Below, in pieces: positions 17,575-27,637 of a stretch of 64,000 nucleotides of DNA (the first letter of the stretch is position 1; each line of letters starts with the position of its first letter). Below the pieces are notes generated by a model. It was not told the DNA's origin. It worked only from the letters and a program-made list of their open reading frames with translations, and made no database searches. Source of the stretch: Bacteroidota bacterium (GTDB lineage: Bacteria; Bacteroidota; Bacteroidia; Bacteroidales; FEN-979); contig JAPLDL010000022.1 in the NCBI GenBank assembly GCA_026391735.1, positions 262,825 through 326,824 on the forward strand. The letters are read 5' to 3'. Both the position numbers and the translations under genes were made by a program.

Positions 17575-18471
17575 ATGGCTCATAAAGCCGGTTATATTAC
17601 AATCCTGGGTTATCCTAATGTCGGGAAATCAACCCTGATGAACGCAGTGGTAGGCGAAAAACTTTCAGGTATTACGCCAAAAGCGCAAACCACCCGGCAC
17701 CGTATTATTGGAATACTGAACGATGAAAATTTCCAAATGGTCTTTTCAGATACTCCAGGCATCCTTACACCCAAATACAAGCTCCACCAGGCAATGGTTT
17801 CTGCCATCAGCTCCTCTTTGTCCGACGCCGACATCATCCTGCTTGTCACAGAACCCGGTCAGAAATTCACCCATGAAGAGATACTGCAAAGAATCACAAC
17901 TTCAGATATTCCTGTTATCGTGCTGATCAATAAAATTGATACCATCGACCAAATTAAACTGGAAAAGGAAGTAGACCATTGGGCTAAACTACTGCCAAAA
18001 GCAGAGATCCTACCTGTTTCAGCGCTTCACCAGTCGAACCTTGACTTGCTGAAGACACGCCTTGTCAAATTGCTGCCACAACATCCGCCCTTTTATGATA
18101 AAGATGAACTCACCGACCGGAATGAACGCTTTTTCGTGTCGGAGATCATACGTGAAAAGATCCTGATGAATTATTCACAGGAAATACCCTATTCGGTCGA
18201 AGTTGCCATAGACTCATTCAAGGTGGATGAAGCGCTTATTCGCATCAGGGCGATAATATTTATTGCAAGGGAATCACAGAAAGCAATCATACTTGGTCAC
18301 CAGGGAAAGTCCATCAAGAAACTGGGTACCGAAGCCCGCCTTTCCATTGAAGAATTCCTTGGGCGGCATGTATTCCTCGAACTGCATGTAAAGGTCTCTA
18401 AGGACTGGAGGGAGGATGAACTGCAGCTGAAAAGATTCGGGTATAATTTGGGTGAGGATAAGGAATTGTGA
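17575..18471 (+). CDS. era: GTPase Era
   Basis: [23 protein letters not shown] (G1), DTPG (G3), NKID (G4) and a C-terminal KH-like region. The start is set at ATG 17575 because the longer track ORF runs through the tRNA gene. Confidence 0.9.
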   Translation: MAHKAGYITILGYPNVGKSTLMNAVVGEKLSGITPKAQTTRHRIIGILNDENFQMVFSDTPGILTPKYKLHQAMVSAISSSLSDADIILLVTEPGQKFTHEEILQRITTSDIPVIVLINKIDTIDQIKLEKEVDHWAKLLPKAEILPVSALHQSNLDLLKTRLVKLLPQHPPFYDKDELTDRNERFFVSEIIREKILMNYSQEIPYSVEVAIDSFKVDEALIRIRAIIFIARESQKAIILGHQGKSIKKLGTEARLSIEEFLGRHVFLELHVKVSKDWREDELQLKRFGYNLGEDKEL

Positions 18472-18530
18472 TGAATAACACCGTTATGATCGTGATGTCG
18501 TTATGATCTTGATGAATAATTAATAAACTT

Positions 18531-19853
18531 ATGTCGAAAATCGTAGCCATCGTTGGCCGCCCGAATGTGGGCAAAAGCACGCTCTTCAACCGCCTCGTGG
18601 GGCAACGTGAAGCCATTGTAGATCCAACCAGCGGGGTGACACGCGACCGGCATTACGGGATGTCTGACTGGAACGGGCACCAGTTTTCGGTTATCGACAC
18701 AGGGGGGTATGTGGATAATTCAGGAGATATCTTCGAATCGGAGATCAAGAAACAGGTTAACCTTGCCATTGACGAAGCCGATGCTATTCTTTTCGTTGTC
18801 GATGCCAGAGAAGGAATAACTATCATGGATGAAGATGTGGCTAATATTCTCCGCCGGTCAGGGAAAAAAGCATTCCTTGTGCCGAACAAGATCGACAGTG
18901 TAAAGCAGGCCAACCTGGTGCATGAATTTTATTCCCTTGGAATTGAAAATATCTTCGGGATTTCTGCGGTAAGCGGAAGCGGAACAGGCGACCTGCTCGA
19001 TGCGGTCACCGCGACTTTCCCTCCTCTTGATGAATCCTCGCCTGAAAGGAATGACGAACTACCAGATATTCCCAGAATTGCTATTGTTGGCCGGCCTAAT
19101 GCCGGGAAATCCTCCCTTATCAACTTTCTCCTCGGGAACGACAGAACAATAGTTACACCACTTCCGGGCACAACCCGCGATTCAATCCACTCAGTGTATA
19201 GTTCGTTCGGACTGAACTTCCTCCTGGTTGACACTGCGGGGATCAGGAAAAAAGGAAAAGTCAAGGAGGACATTGAGTTTTATTCGGTCATGCGCGCCAT
19301 CCGGTCCATTGAACACAGCGATGTATGTATACTCATGGCAGATGCAGAACGGGGGTTTGAAGCCCAGGACCTGAACATCTTTCACATCATCGACAGGAAC
19401 CATAAAGGAGTGGTCATTGTGGTCAATAAATGGGATCTGGTGGAGAAACAGACCAATACCCATAAGGATTTTGAAGAATTTATCAGGGAACAAACTGCTC
19501 CTTTCCGTGATGTACCTATAGTGTTTACCTCTGTAACGGAGAAACAGAGGATACTCAAAGCCATGGAAACTGCAGTGGCGGTATATAAGAACAGGATGCG
19601 TAAGATACCTACCCGGGAGCTGAACGATTTCATCCTTCCCATCATCGAACAAACTCCTCCGCCTGCAGTAAAAGGCAAGTATGTGCGGATCAAATATGTT
19701 ACACAGCTTCCAACTGCCTTCCCTTCGTTCGTCTTTTTCTGCAATCACCCTCAATACTTAAAAGACCCGTACCGGCGTTTTATTGAGAATAAAATCAGGG
19801 AACATTTCGATTTTAGCGGAGCACCCATGGAGATATTTTTCCGTCAGAAATGA
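18531..19853 (+). CDS. der: Ribosome-associated GTPase Der (EngA), tandem GTPase domains
   Basis: Two G domains ([16 protein letters not shown] and [16 protein letters not shown]), each with DTGG/DTAG and NK.D motifs. Confidence 0.92.
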   Translation: MSKIVAIVGRPNVGKSTLFNRLVGQREAIVDPTSGVTRDRHYGMSDWNGHQFSVIDTGGYVDNSGDIFESEIKKQVNLAIDEADAILFVVDAREGITIMDEDVANILRRSGKKAFLVPNKIDSVKQANLVHEFYSLGIENIFGISAVSGSGTGDLLDAVTATFPPLDESSPERNDELPDIPRIAIVGRPNAGKSSLINFLLGNDRTIVTPLPGTTRDSIHSVYSSFGLNFLLVDTAGIRKKGKVKEDIEFYSVMRAIRSIEHSDVCILMADAERGFEAQDLNIFHIIDRNHKGVVIVVNKWDLVEKQTNTHKDFEEFIREQTAPFRDVPIVFTSVTEKQRILKAMETAVAVYKNRMRKIPTRELNDFILPIIEQTPPPAVKGKYVRIKYVTQLPTAFPSFVFFCNHPQYLKDPYRRFIENKIREHFDFSGAPMEIFFRQK

Positions 19854-20236
19854 TAGAAGGAGTAAGGATAGATAAATGGTTATGGGCTGTAAGACTATTC
19901 AAAACACGCAGCCAGGCAACAGATGCATGTAAATCGGGAAAAATCAGGATTGAAGGGCAAATAGTAAAACCTTCACGGGAAGTGAAACCAGGAGAAGAAG
20001 TAAGTATTTCCCATCGAGCCATAACCAGGACCATTAAAGTCATTGGGCTGATTACAAACCGGGTAGGCGCACCTCTTGTTCCTCAGTTTATGCAGGACCT
20101 CACTCCCGAAGACGAATATGCAAGGATCAGGATGAAGAGGGAGCTTAATTTCGAATACCGTGATCCAGGTGCAGGGAGGCCTACCAAGCGCCAGAGAAGA
20201 GAAATAGAAGTACTTAAGAAATACCTGAAGGAATGA
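19850..20236 (+). CDS. S4-domain RNA-binding protein (Hsp15-like)
   Basis: 128 aa. [37 protein letters not shown] matches the S4/Hsp15 motif. ATGA overlap with der. Confidence 0.75.
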   Translation: MIEGVRIDKWLWAVRLFKTRSQATDACKSGKIRIEGQIVKPSREVKPGEEVSISHRAITRTIKVIGLITNRVGAPLVPQFMQDLTPEDEYARIRMKRELNFEYRDPGAGRPTKRQRREIEVLKKYLKE

Positions 20237-21003
20237 GATCAAACCGTCAGGAAGACCTTTTCCATATTGTTTTTAAGGGCAGGAACCAGGAATATGGCGG
20301 ATATATCCTGCGAAAACTGTATCCGAGGAACCTTACGATTTCGCTTATCCTTGGGGTGTTTCTTATCGCAGCCTTAGTGCTGATTCCTTTCATCTATTAC
20401 TATTTCGAACCTATACCTCTGCTTGACGACGATATGATCATGAACGTGGAATATTACAGCGTTCTTCCCCCTCCCGATAACGATCTGAACAAACTGGCCG
20501 GTTCACTCCCCAAACAGCCGGAAGAACAGCAGGCTCCCGTCGTCACCGACTCCGTTGTCGAACAAAAGCTCAAACCTGTTGAAGAACACCCACCGGTTGA
20601 TGAAGAAGCCCCTTCGTCTGATACGGCAGGGAAAGGACCGGGTAATGTTTTGGGAGGCAAAGGGGAAGGTGATGCCAACGGACTGATGACTGTAATTGAT
20701 GTTTATCCCAAATATCCAGGAGGGGATGATGCCAGGCTTTGGTTTCTGAGAAAAAATGTCAGGTATCCCCAAGCCGCCCTCAATGCTTCAATACAGGGAG
20801 TCGTGGTGGTGGTCTTCGTTATCGAAATTGACGGATCCCTTTCACATATTGAAGTATCCAAAGCCATTGGCGGAGGCTGTGATGAAGAAGCAATCAGGGT
20901 AATCAAACTGATGCCGAGATGGGAACCGGCACGCAGGGCCGGCAAGCCTGTGAGGGTAGTGGTGAAATTCCCTATAGTTTTTAACAGAGCTGCGGGCAGA
21001 TGA
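20233..21003 (+). CDS. TonB-family energy transducer
   Basis: N-terminal TM, a Pro/Glu-rich linker, and a C-terminal TonB domain (YPKYPGG...RYPQAALNASIQGVVVVVFVIEIDGS...). Confidence 0.8.
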   Translation: MRSNRQEDLFHIVFKGRNQEYGGYILRKLYPRNLTISLILGVFLIAALVLIPFIYYYFEPIPLLDDDMIMNVEYYSVLPPPDNDLNKLAGSLPKQPEEQQAPVVTDSVVEQKLKPVEEHPPVDEEAPSSDTAGKGPGNVLGGKGEGDANGLMTVIDVYPKYPGGDDARLWFLRKNVRYPQAALNASIQGVVVVVFVIEIDGSLSHIEVSKAIGGGCDEEAIRVIKLMPRWEPARRAGKPVRVVVKFPIVFNRAAGR

Positions 21004-21007
21004 AATT

Positions 21008-21039
21008 AAAAGAGGCCGTCTTTTTGGGACGGCCTCTTT
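21008..21039. terminator. Bidirectional rho-independent terminator
   Basis: aaagaggccgtc / gacggcctcttt 12-bp stem between convergent genes, with A/T tracts built into the stem ends. Confidence 0.7.
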
Positions 21040-21064
21040 CGTTTGAACATTACAAAGTTCCTGG

Positions 21065-21328
21065 TTACTTCTTTTCAGGAGCTTTCGTTTCGGCTGGTTT
21101 TGCAGCAGGTTTTGCTGACTTTTCAGCTGGCTTTGCAGCAGGCTTTACTTCAGCAGGCTTTGCAGACTTTTCAGCAGGCTTTGCAGCGGGCTTGTCGGCT
21201 GTATTTGCAGCAGCAGGTTTTGCAGCTTCTTTCTTTTCAGCAGGTTTCTGTTCTTTAGTCTGGGTCTGTGCAAAGGTTAATCCGGCAAACAGCATAATAG
21301 CTGATACTAAGACAACAACTTTTTTCAT
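21065..21328 (-). CDS. Small secreted Lys/Ala/Pro-rich repeat protein
   Basis: Signal peptide MKKVVVLVSAIMLFAGLTFAQ followed by repeats KPAAKPAEKSAKPA. The start is set at the internal ATG (21328). Confidence 0.6.
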   Translation of the reverse strand: MKKVVVLVSAIMLFAGLTFAQTQTKEQKPAEKKEAAKPAAANTADKPAAKPAEKSAKPAEVKPAAKPAEKSAKPAAKPAETKAPEKK

Positions 21329-21461
21329 GACGATGAGATTTTTATTGTTTGTGAAATTAATTTTTTTTGCGGCACAAAGGTAATTTAAGACCACAACGCG
21401 GAATGAAAAAGACAGATTAAGATTTTATAAAGAAAATCAAAAATGCTATAAAATGGAAAAC

Positions 21462-24128
21462 CTAACTTTTACCTGATAAAACATTAGTCATTACTTCAAG
21501 AATACTTGCCTGGTCGAATGGCTTTGCCAGATAATGTGTACAACCCTGCCCTATAAGCATATCCTTATCACCACTCATAGTATACCCGGTAACAGCAATT
21601 ACCGGGATGTTATCATACCCTTCGATTTTCCTGATCTCTTTCATGGCTTCAATACCGTTAATGCCATAGCCCAGGTTGATATCCATCAGAATAGCAGAGT
21701 ATTTTTTTAATTTTACCATTTCAATGGCAGTTGAACCATCAGGAGCATATTCCAGCCTGCAAACTTTTCTCAGGAAGAACTCAGTAAGTTCCTTGTTCAC
21801 GAGGTTATCTTCTACAAGTAATACCCAGGGCAATTCTGCTTTTATTGATACCCTGGGTTCTGAAACTAGCTGGGAAGATTGTGCGTCTCCGCCGGCTGAA
21901 GAACCATCCTGATTATAAGGAAGCCAGATGAGAAAAGTGGAACCTTTCCCCGGTTTGCTTTCAAGAGTTATTTTCCCATTAAGAAGGTCAATCGTTTTTT
22001 TACAGATCGTAAGACCGATACCCGATCCCTGGTATTGCCTTCCAAATCCTTCGCTTACCTGCCTGAATTCCTGAAAAATGATGTCATGATAGTCTTTATC
22101 AATTCCAATACCTGTATCGGAAACTGAGATGATCAGATAACCCTCCGGGTTCGTTTTCTCTGTTGAAACTTCCACGGTAATACCACCTTTTTCGGTAAAT
22201 TTCACAGCATTATCAATGATCTGCCGAAACAGTTGTTTAAGCAATTGCTCATCGGTAATGACTTTTACTGAAGGATCGGCATTTAAAGTAATACTAAGGT
22301 TCTTTTCATTTGCCTGAGGAGCGAGGGATTTGATAACTGAACTTATGCAATCCCTGAGGGATATGGTCCGTAAGGTCAGTGTGACTTTCCCTGCGACAAG
22401 CTGGGATAAGGTTATCAGTGAGTTAAGGGTCCCCATAAGCCTTCTTCCCGACGAGTGGATGTTCTCGGCCATCATCTCGTGTTCGGTATCCTTCATCTCG
22501 GCTTTAAGTATTTCGGCAAATCCCAGTATCCCGTTCAGGGGCGTTCTGAGTTCGTGGCTAACATTAGCCAAAATAGAGGACTTAAGCCGGTCGGATTCTT
22601 CGGCCTTATCTTTTGCAATGATCAGCTGGGTCTCAAAAGATTTTCTTAACGTAATGTCTTTATCGGCTCCGCGGTATCCAATATATTTACCGTTATTATC
22701 AAAGATGGGAATGCCTGAAGATTCCAGGTAAACGAGATGCCCGTCGCTGTGAATCGCCCGGTTTGTTAAAAAGTTGATCGGTTTGAAGTCGTGAACAAAG
22801 ATCCTGAGCGATTCTTTCACATTTTCAATATCCTCGGGAGGCATGTATACAAAAGGGGACTTGCCAAGGAGGTCTTCGGGACGGTAACCCAGAATGTCAT
22901 ATACTTTAGAACTTAGATATGTGTATCTCCACTGGGGATCAATTTCCCAGATATAATCATTGGTCAGGTCAACAATAGCGCTTAACCGTTCCTCACTTTC
23001 CTTAATCCGGGCATCGGCAAGTTTATTTTTGGTCATATCGCGGAAAATCCCGAATGTACCTGAGAAAGTGCCATTGGCATCATACTGAGGGGTGGCGGTA
23101 ACGATAATCCACCGCCTCTGTCCGTCAAGCCTTAGAACTTCCACCTCGTATATGCTTTTCTGGCCAAGAAGCCGGTTCTGGGTCTGCCGCAGGATCTCGG
23201 TATGAGAAGAGGGATGGATAAAGTTCAGCAGTTTTTGCCCGAGAAGCTGGGTCGAAGAAAGTCCGAATATCTCTGCAGCTGCAGGATTTACATAGGTAAA
23301 ACGTTCATTGAGATCGACCACCCCAATGCCTTCTCCGATGTTCTCAACCAGTTCTTTATAACGCTCCTCACTTTCTTTCAGAGCCTTTTCCTTGTACCTG
23401 ATATCCGATACATCTCTTGCGATCAAAAGGAAATAGTGTTCTCCCTGGATATCAACAACCTGGGCGTTGACCTGCACCGGGACTTCCGCCTTGTCCTTCC
23501 TTCTCCAGCGTGACTCGGTGCGGCTGATCTTACTCCCCGAGCCCATGCCGAGTAACCGTATGGTATTTTCCCATTCCCCTTCATAGAGTATATCTTCGGC
23601 GTTACGGCTGAGTAAATCAGCTTTTGAATACCCAAGCATATCCAGGGTTGCCTGGTTGGCATCGACAATCTTCGCGCTATCCGGATTGATCATCAGGATG
23701 GTCTCCGAAGCAAGGTCAAACAGGATATGATATCGTAATTCCTTATGTTTCAGCAGTCTTTCAAACTTCTCAAGGCGGGCTTCAATAGCTTTTAAGAGTT
23801 CTCCGGGATTGGCGGGTTTTGTAATATAATCATCGGCACCCATCTGCATACCCGCACGGATATCCTGTTTCTCGGTAAGAGATGAAAGAAAAATAAATGG
23901 AATATCAGCAGTGGTAATATCATTCTGAAGGATCCTGTATACTTCATGCCCGTTCATGCCAGGCATCAGTATATCGCAAAGAATAAGATCGGGTGACTTG
24001 ACCTTGGCAAGTGAGACCCCTTCATCTCCATTGGATGCTTTCAATACTTCAAAACCTGATGTTTCCAGGAAATCAGAGGTGGTTTCAAGGATTATCCTGT
24101 CGTCTTCAATGAGAAGTACCTTCTTCAT
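21462..24128 (-). CDS. Hybrid sensor histidine kinase (REC - PAS x3 - HisKA - HATPase - REC)
   Basis: N-terminal receiver (DLILCDILMPGMNG), PAS-like repeats, H-box SHELRTPLNGI, G-boxes (DTGIGI, GSGIGL) and a C-terminal receiver (AILMDINL). Confidence 0.88.
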   Translation of the reverse strand: MKKVLLIEDDRIILETTSDFLETSGFEVLKASNGDEGVSLAKVKSPDLILCDILMPGMNGHEVYRILQNDITTADIPFIFLSSLTEKQDIRAGMQMGADDYITKPANPGELLKAIEARLEKFERLLKHKELRYHILFDLASETILMINPDSAKIVDANQATLDMLGYSKADLLSRNAEDILYEGEWENTIRLLGMGSGSKISRTESRWRRKDKAEVPVQVNAQVVDIQGEHYFLLIARDVSDIRYKEKALKESEERYKELVENIGEGIGVVDLNERFTYVNPAAAEIFGLSSTQLLGQKLLNFIHPSSHTEILRQTQNRLLGQKSIYEVEVLRLDGQRRWIIVTATPQYDANGTFSGTFGIFRDMTKNKLADARIKESEERLSAIVDLTNDYIWEIDPQWRYTYLSSKVYDILGYRPEDLLGKSPFVYMPPEDIENVKESLRIFVHDFKPINFLTNRAIHSDGHLVYLESSGIPIFDNNGKYIGYRGADKDITLRKSFETQLIIAKDKAEESDRLKSSILANVSHELRTPLNGILGFAEILKAEMKDTEHEMMAENIHSSGRRLMGTLNSLITLSQLVAGKVTLTLRTISLRDCISSVIKSLAPQANEKNLSITLNADPSVKVITDEQLLKQLFRQIIDNAVKFTEKGGITVEVSTEKTNPEGYLIISVSDTGIGIDKDYHDIIFQEFRQVSEGFGRQYQGSGIGLTICKKTIDLLNGKITLESKPGKGSTFLIWLPYNQDGSSAGGDAQSSQLVSEPRVSIKAELPWVLLVEDNLVNKELTEFFLRKVCRLEYAPDGSTAIEMVKLKKYSAILMDINLGYGINGIEAMKEIRKIEGYDNIPVIAVTGYTMSGDKDMLIGQGCTHYLAKPFDQASILEVMTNVLSGKS

Positions 24129-24188
24129 TCCACAAATATACTCAGGCTCGTTAAAATAACCAAACTTTTACTTAACTTATCAGTGGGT

Positions 24189-24641
24189 TTACTCCTTGTT
24201 CTTCGAGTCAATAAGTATTGTCACTGGACCGTTGTTCACGAGAGCTACATCCATCATTGCGCCAAATACACCTGTCTTTACCTCTTTCCCGGTTTCTGTG
24301 GCCAGGCAGCCTGTAAACATCTCATACAAAGGAATTGCTTTCCCGGGTTTCGCTGCCCTTATATATGAGGGACGGTTGCCTTTTTTAACGGATGCATGCA
24401 GGGTAAACTGGCTTACCAGAAGAATTTCCCCATTCACTTCAGTTACCGACAGGTTCATCACTCCTTCACGGTCATCAAAGATCCTGAGCCTGGCTATTTT
24501 CTGGCAAAGCCAGATCACATCCTCCCGGGTATCTTCTTCTTCTATACCCAGGAGGATCAGGAGCCCTTGCCCGATGGAGGCTCTTGTCTTGCCATCAATT
24601 TCCACTGAAGCTGATGAAACCCGCTGTATTACAATCCGCAT
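24189..24641 (-). CDS. dtd: D-aminoacyl-tRNA deacylase
   Basis: MRIVIQRVSSASVEIDG...SQFTLHA...G.RPS...A motifs typical of Dtd. The start is set at MRIV. Confidence 0.88.
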   Translation of the reverse strand: MRIVIQRVSSASVEIDGKTRASIGQGLLILLGIEEEDTREDVIWLCQKIARLRIFDDREGVMNLSVTEVNGEILLVSQFTLHASVKKGNRPSYIRAAKPGKAIPLYEMFTGCLATETGKEVKTGVFGAMMDVALVNNGPVTILIDSKNKE

Positions 24642-24709
24642 AGTACACAAAGTTACAAGCTTTTTATATCAATTCGCATTGAAGTATTAGCTTTGCATAA
24701 ATTCTCACG

Positions 24710-25423
24710 ATGACCAAACTAAGTGTAAATATTAACAAAATAGCCACCTTGCGGAATGCCCGGGGTGGCAATCTTCCCGACCTCCTCAGGACTGCGCTGG
24801 ATTGTGAACGTTTCGGGGCGGATGGCATTACGGTTCATCCCCGGCCCGATGAAAGGCATGTCCGCTACCAGGATGTTCTGGACCTTCAACCGGTTCTGAA
24901 GACTGAATTTAATATCGAAGGATATCCTTCCGATAAATTTATGGCTCTTGTGATGCAGGTTAAGCCGGCTCAGGTGACCCTGGTCCCTGATCCACCCGGG
25001 GTCCTTACGTCCAATGCAGGCTGGGATACCGTTAAATATGAACATTTTCTGGCGGATGTCATTTCAGGTTTTAAATCGGCCGGCATCCGGACCTCGGTCT
25101 TTATTGACCCGGATGAAAACCTCATTCTCCGTGCTGCAAAGACAGGGACCGACAGGGTTGAGCTTTACACTGAGGCTTATGCCCGGGAATTTTCCATTGA
25201 TCCCGCGAAAGCTGTTCAGCCTTTTCACAAAGCCGCGCAAACAGCCTTTGATTGCGGTTTGGGGCTTAATGCAGGCCATGATCTTAACCTTATCAATCTA
25301 AACTTTTTTTACAGGCATGTACCGCATCTGCTTGAAGTGTCAATAGGGCATGCACTTATCTGTGATGCACTCTATTACGGATTGGAAAACACAATACAAA
25401 TGTACCTGCGCCTGCTTAAATAA
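24710..25423 (+). CDS. pdxJ: Pyridoxine 5'-phosphate synthase
   Basis: [19 protein letters not shown]..., HPRPDERH and NIEG motifs characteristic of PdxJ. Confidence 0.88.
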   Translation: MTKLSVNINKIATLRNARGGNLPDLLRTALDCERFGADGITVHPRPDERHVRYQDVLDLQPVLKTEFNIEGYPSDKFMALVMQVKPAQVTLVPDPPGVLTSNAGWDTVKYEHFLADVISGFKSAGIRTSVFIDPDENLILRAAKTGTDRVELYTEAYAREFSIDPAKAVQPFHKAAQTAFDCGLGLNAGHDLNLINLNFFYRHVPHLLEVSIGHALICDALYYGLENTIQMYLRLLK

Positions 25424-25432
25424 ACCAACCCG

Positions 25433-26647
25433 ATGTCAAGAAAAATTGCCTTCACAACCTGTTGTTTTTTCCTTGTATTTACAGGCATTTGCGGTAACAA
25501 TAAGGAAGACAAGCTGAAAAAGAAAGCGGCTGAGATCCACCGCTCGGTGTTCACCGTTGATTCCCATACCGACACCCCGATGCACCTGATGACGGGTGAT
25601 TTTGATGTAAACAAGAAGCATGATCCGCTGACTTCCAAAGTCGACTTTCCCCGTATGAAGGAAGGCGGGCTGGACGGAATTTTTTTCGCGGTATTTACTT
25701 CACAGGGAAAACGCGACCAGGAAGCTTATTTTAAGATAAAGAGTGAGGCCCTGGAGATCTTTGATACAATTCATGCCATACTGAACAGGAACCTAGCTGT
25801 GGCAGGACTGGCGTTGGCTCCAAGTGATGCATACCGTTTGAAGAAAGCAGGGAAGATAGCTGTTTTCATTGGTATGGAGAACGCTTATCCGCTTGGGACC
25901 GACCTGTCAATGGTTGAGACGTTTTTTAAGCGGGGCGCCCGGTATATCACCCTCTGCCATACCAAAAACAATGACCTCTGCGATTCTTCAACCGACACCC
26001 TGGCTTTCGGAGGACTCAGCGAGTTTGGGAAAAAGGTAGTGAAGGAAATGAACAGGCTGGGTATGATGATCGATGTTTCTCACATTTCCGATAAATCTTT
26101 TTATGATGTGGTTCACCTTTCCAGCCTGCCAGTTATCGCATCGCATTCCTGTTCCAGGGCGCTTTGCGACAACCCGAGGAATCTCAGCGACCAGATGCTG
26201 ATGGCTTTGGCCGCAAATGGCGGAGTGGTTCAGATGTGTATCCTAAGCGCATATGTGAAACCCGATCCGAACCCGGCCAGGGATTCGGCACATGCAGCTT
26301 TGAGGCGGAAATACCATGATTTTAACAACTTGTCAAAGGATGAGAAGAAAGCTGCACATAAGGACTGGCAGGCCATTGATGATCAATACCCTCCAAAGCT
26401 TGCAACGGTAAGCGATGTAGTTGACCATATCGACCATATGGTAAAAGTAGCCGGCATTGATCATGTGGGGATCGGGACTGATTTTGACGGTGGAGGAGGA
26501 GTGACAGGATGTGATGATGTGAGCAAAATGGGTAATATAACCCTTGAATTGGTGAAACGAGGGTATACAAAAGCCCAGATTAAAAAGATTTGGGGTGGAA
26601 ACCTGATGAGAGTTATGCAACAAAACCTTGACCATGCCGGCAAATAA
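25433..26647 (+). CDS. Membrane dipeptidase (peptidase M19 family)
   Basis: Signal peptide, DSHTDTP, DVSH and GIGTDFDG motifs of renal-dipeptidase-type enzymes. Confidence 0.8.
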   Translation: MSRKIAFTTCCFFLVFTGICGNNKEDKLKKKAAEIHRSVFTVDSHTDTPMHLMTGDFDVNKKHDPLTSKVDFPRMKEGGLDGIFFAVFTSQGKRDQEAYFKIKSEALEIFDTIHAILNRNLAVAGLALAPSDAYRLKKAGKIAVFIGMENAYPLGTDLSMVETFFKRGARYITLCHTKNNDLCDSSTDTLAFGGLSEFGKKVVKEMNRLGMMIDVSHISDKSFYDVVHLSSLPVIASHSCSRALCDNPRNLSDQMLMALAANGGVVQMCILSAYVKPDPNPARDSAHAALRRKYHDFNNLSKDEKKAAHKDWQAIDDQYPPKLATVSDVVDHIDHMVKVAGIDHVGIGTDFDGGGGVTGCDDVSKMGNITLELVKRGYTKAQIKKIWGGNLMRVMQQNLDHAGK

Positions 26648-27578
26648 AACTTCATTCAGAGACGCATTGCAGGAACGCGACCTGAATGCCATCCGCAGTA
26701 TTCCCAAATCAGATCTTCACAATCATTGTATGCTTGGAGGAAAAGCTTCGGTTCTGAACAGGTTTTACGGGGAGAAGCTACAGCCTTTCCGTGCCGATAA
26801 GATGGGGATTGAACCTCTTAACCGCTGGATCGGAGATGTTTACGCTCCTTTTATGAAGAAGGAAGGCGCATTTGAGAAAGCCGTTGAAGCCGCTTTTATC
26901 CAGGCAAAGCAGGACGGGGTAAAGGTGCTTGAGATGAGCATGGACGGATTTTTCGGCAGCCTGTTCAACATTTCGCCCGAAAGGGCCGTCGGGTCACTCA
27001 AGCATTACCATTCCCTAATTGCGCCTGAAATCGATTTCAGACCCGAACTGGGCTTCCCGAAGACCTTGTCGTTAAGGATCATTCTCAAACATCTTGAGCC
27101 CTTTCTGGGTTTTAATTACTTCCGCAGTATTGACCTGTATGATGATGAGAACGCCCAGCCTCTTGAGAATTTCCGTGAGCTCTACCGTTTTGCCAGGAAT
27201 GCAGGCCTTAAGCTTAAGGCCCATGCAGGTGAGTTCGGCGATGCAGACTCTGTTCGCAAAGCAGTGGAGATTCTTGGGCTGGAAGAAGTGCAGCATGGGA
27301 TTGGAGCAGCCGCCTCCCCCGAAGTGATGCGATGGCTTGCAAGCAATTCAATACGACTGAACGTCTGCCCCGAGAGCAATATCAGACTCAAACGGGTGAA
27401 GTCTTATAAGACTCATCCTATAAGGATCCTTTTTGACCATGGGGTCAAGGTAACCGTGAATTCCGATGATGTACTGCTTTTCAGGGCGGGGGTCTCGGAG
27501 CAGTTCCTGAAATTGCACCGCAGCGGCCTTTTCAGCACATCAGAACTTGATACCATACGGCTTAACGGATTGTCATGA
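26628..27578 (+). CDS. Adenosine/adenine deaminase family protein
   Basis: DLHNHCMLGG, KAHAGE and VTVNSDD motifs (metal ligands of the ADA fold). Confidence 0.75.
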   Translation: MTMPANKTSFRDALQERDLNAIRSIPKSDLHNHCMLGGKASVLNRFYGEKLQPFRADKMGIEPLNRWIGDVYAPFMKKEGAFEKAVEAAFIQAKQDGVKVLEMSMDGFFGSLFNISPERAVGSLKHYHSLIAPEIDFRPELGFPKTLSLRIILKHLEPFLGFNYFRSIDLYDDENAQPLENFRELYRFARNAGLKLKAHAGEFGDADSVRKAVEILGLEEVQHGIGAAASPEVMRWLASNSIRLNVCPESNIRLKRVKSYKTHPIRILFDHGVKVTVNSDDVLLFRAGVSEQFLKLHRSGLFSTSELDTIRLNGLS

Positions 27579-27637
27579 ACATCTGTGGCTTCCCGGCAAC
27601 GGATAGGGTATTATTCAAATTTTCAGAGACTTTTCAC

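Noticed and set aside
18482-18514. Tandem 16-17 nt direct repeat (cgttatgatcgtgatg / cgttatgatcttgatg) between era and der
   Set aside because: It is real in the sequence (15 of 16 identical, period 17), but it is very short, has only two copies and lies in a 59-nt spacer. There is no basis for assigning a function.
21000-21383. 127-aa + strand ORF rich in AGF repeats
   Set aside because: It is the mirror image of the minus-strand K/P/A repeat gene. It has no signal or start context and begins inside the TonB stop / terminator region. The minus-strand ORF has a proper signal peptide.
24196-24690. 164-aa + strand ORF
   Set aside because: It is antisense to dtd, whose protein shows clear family motifs.
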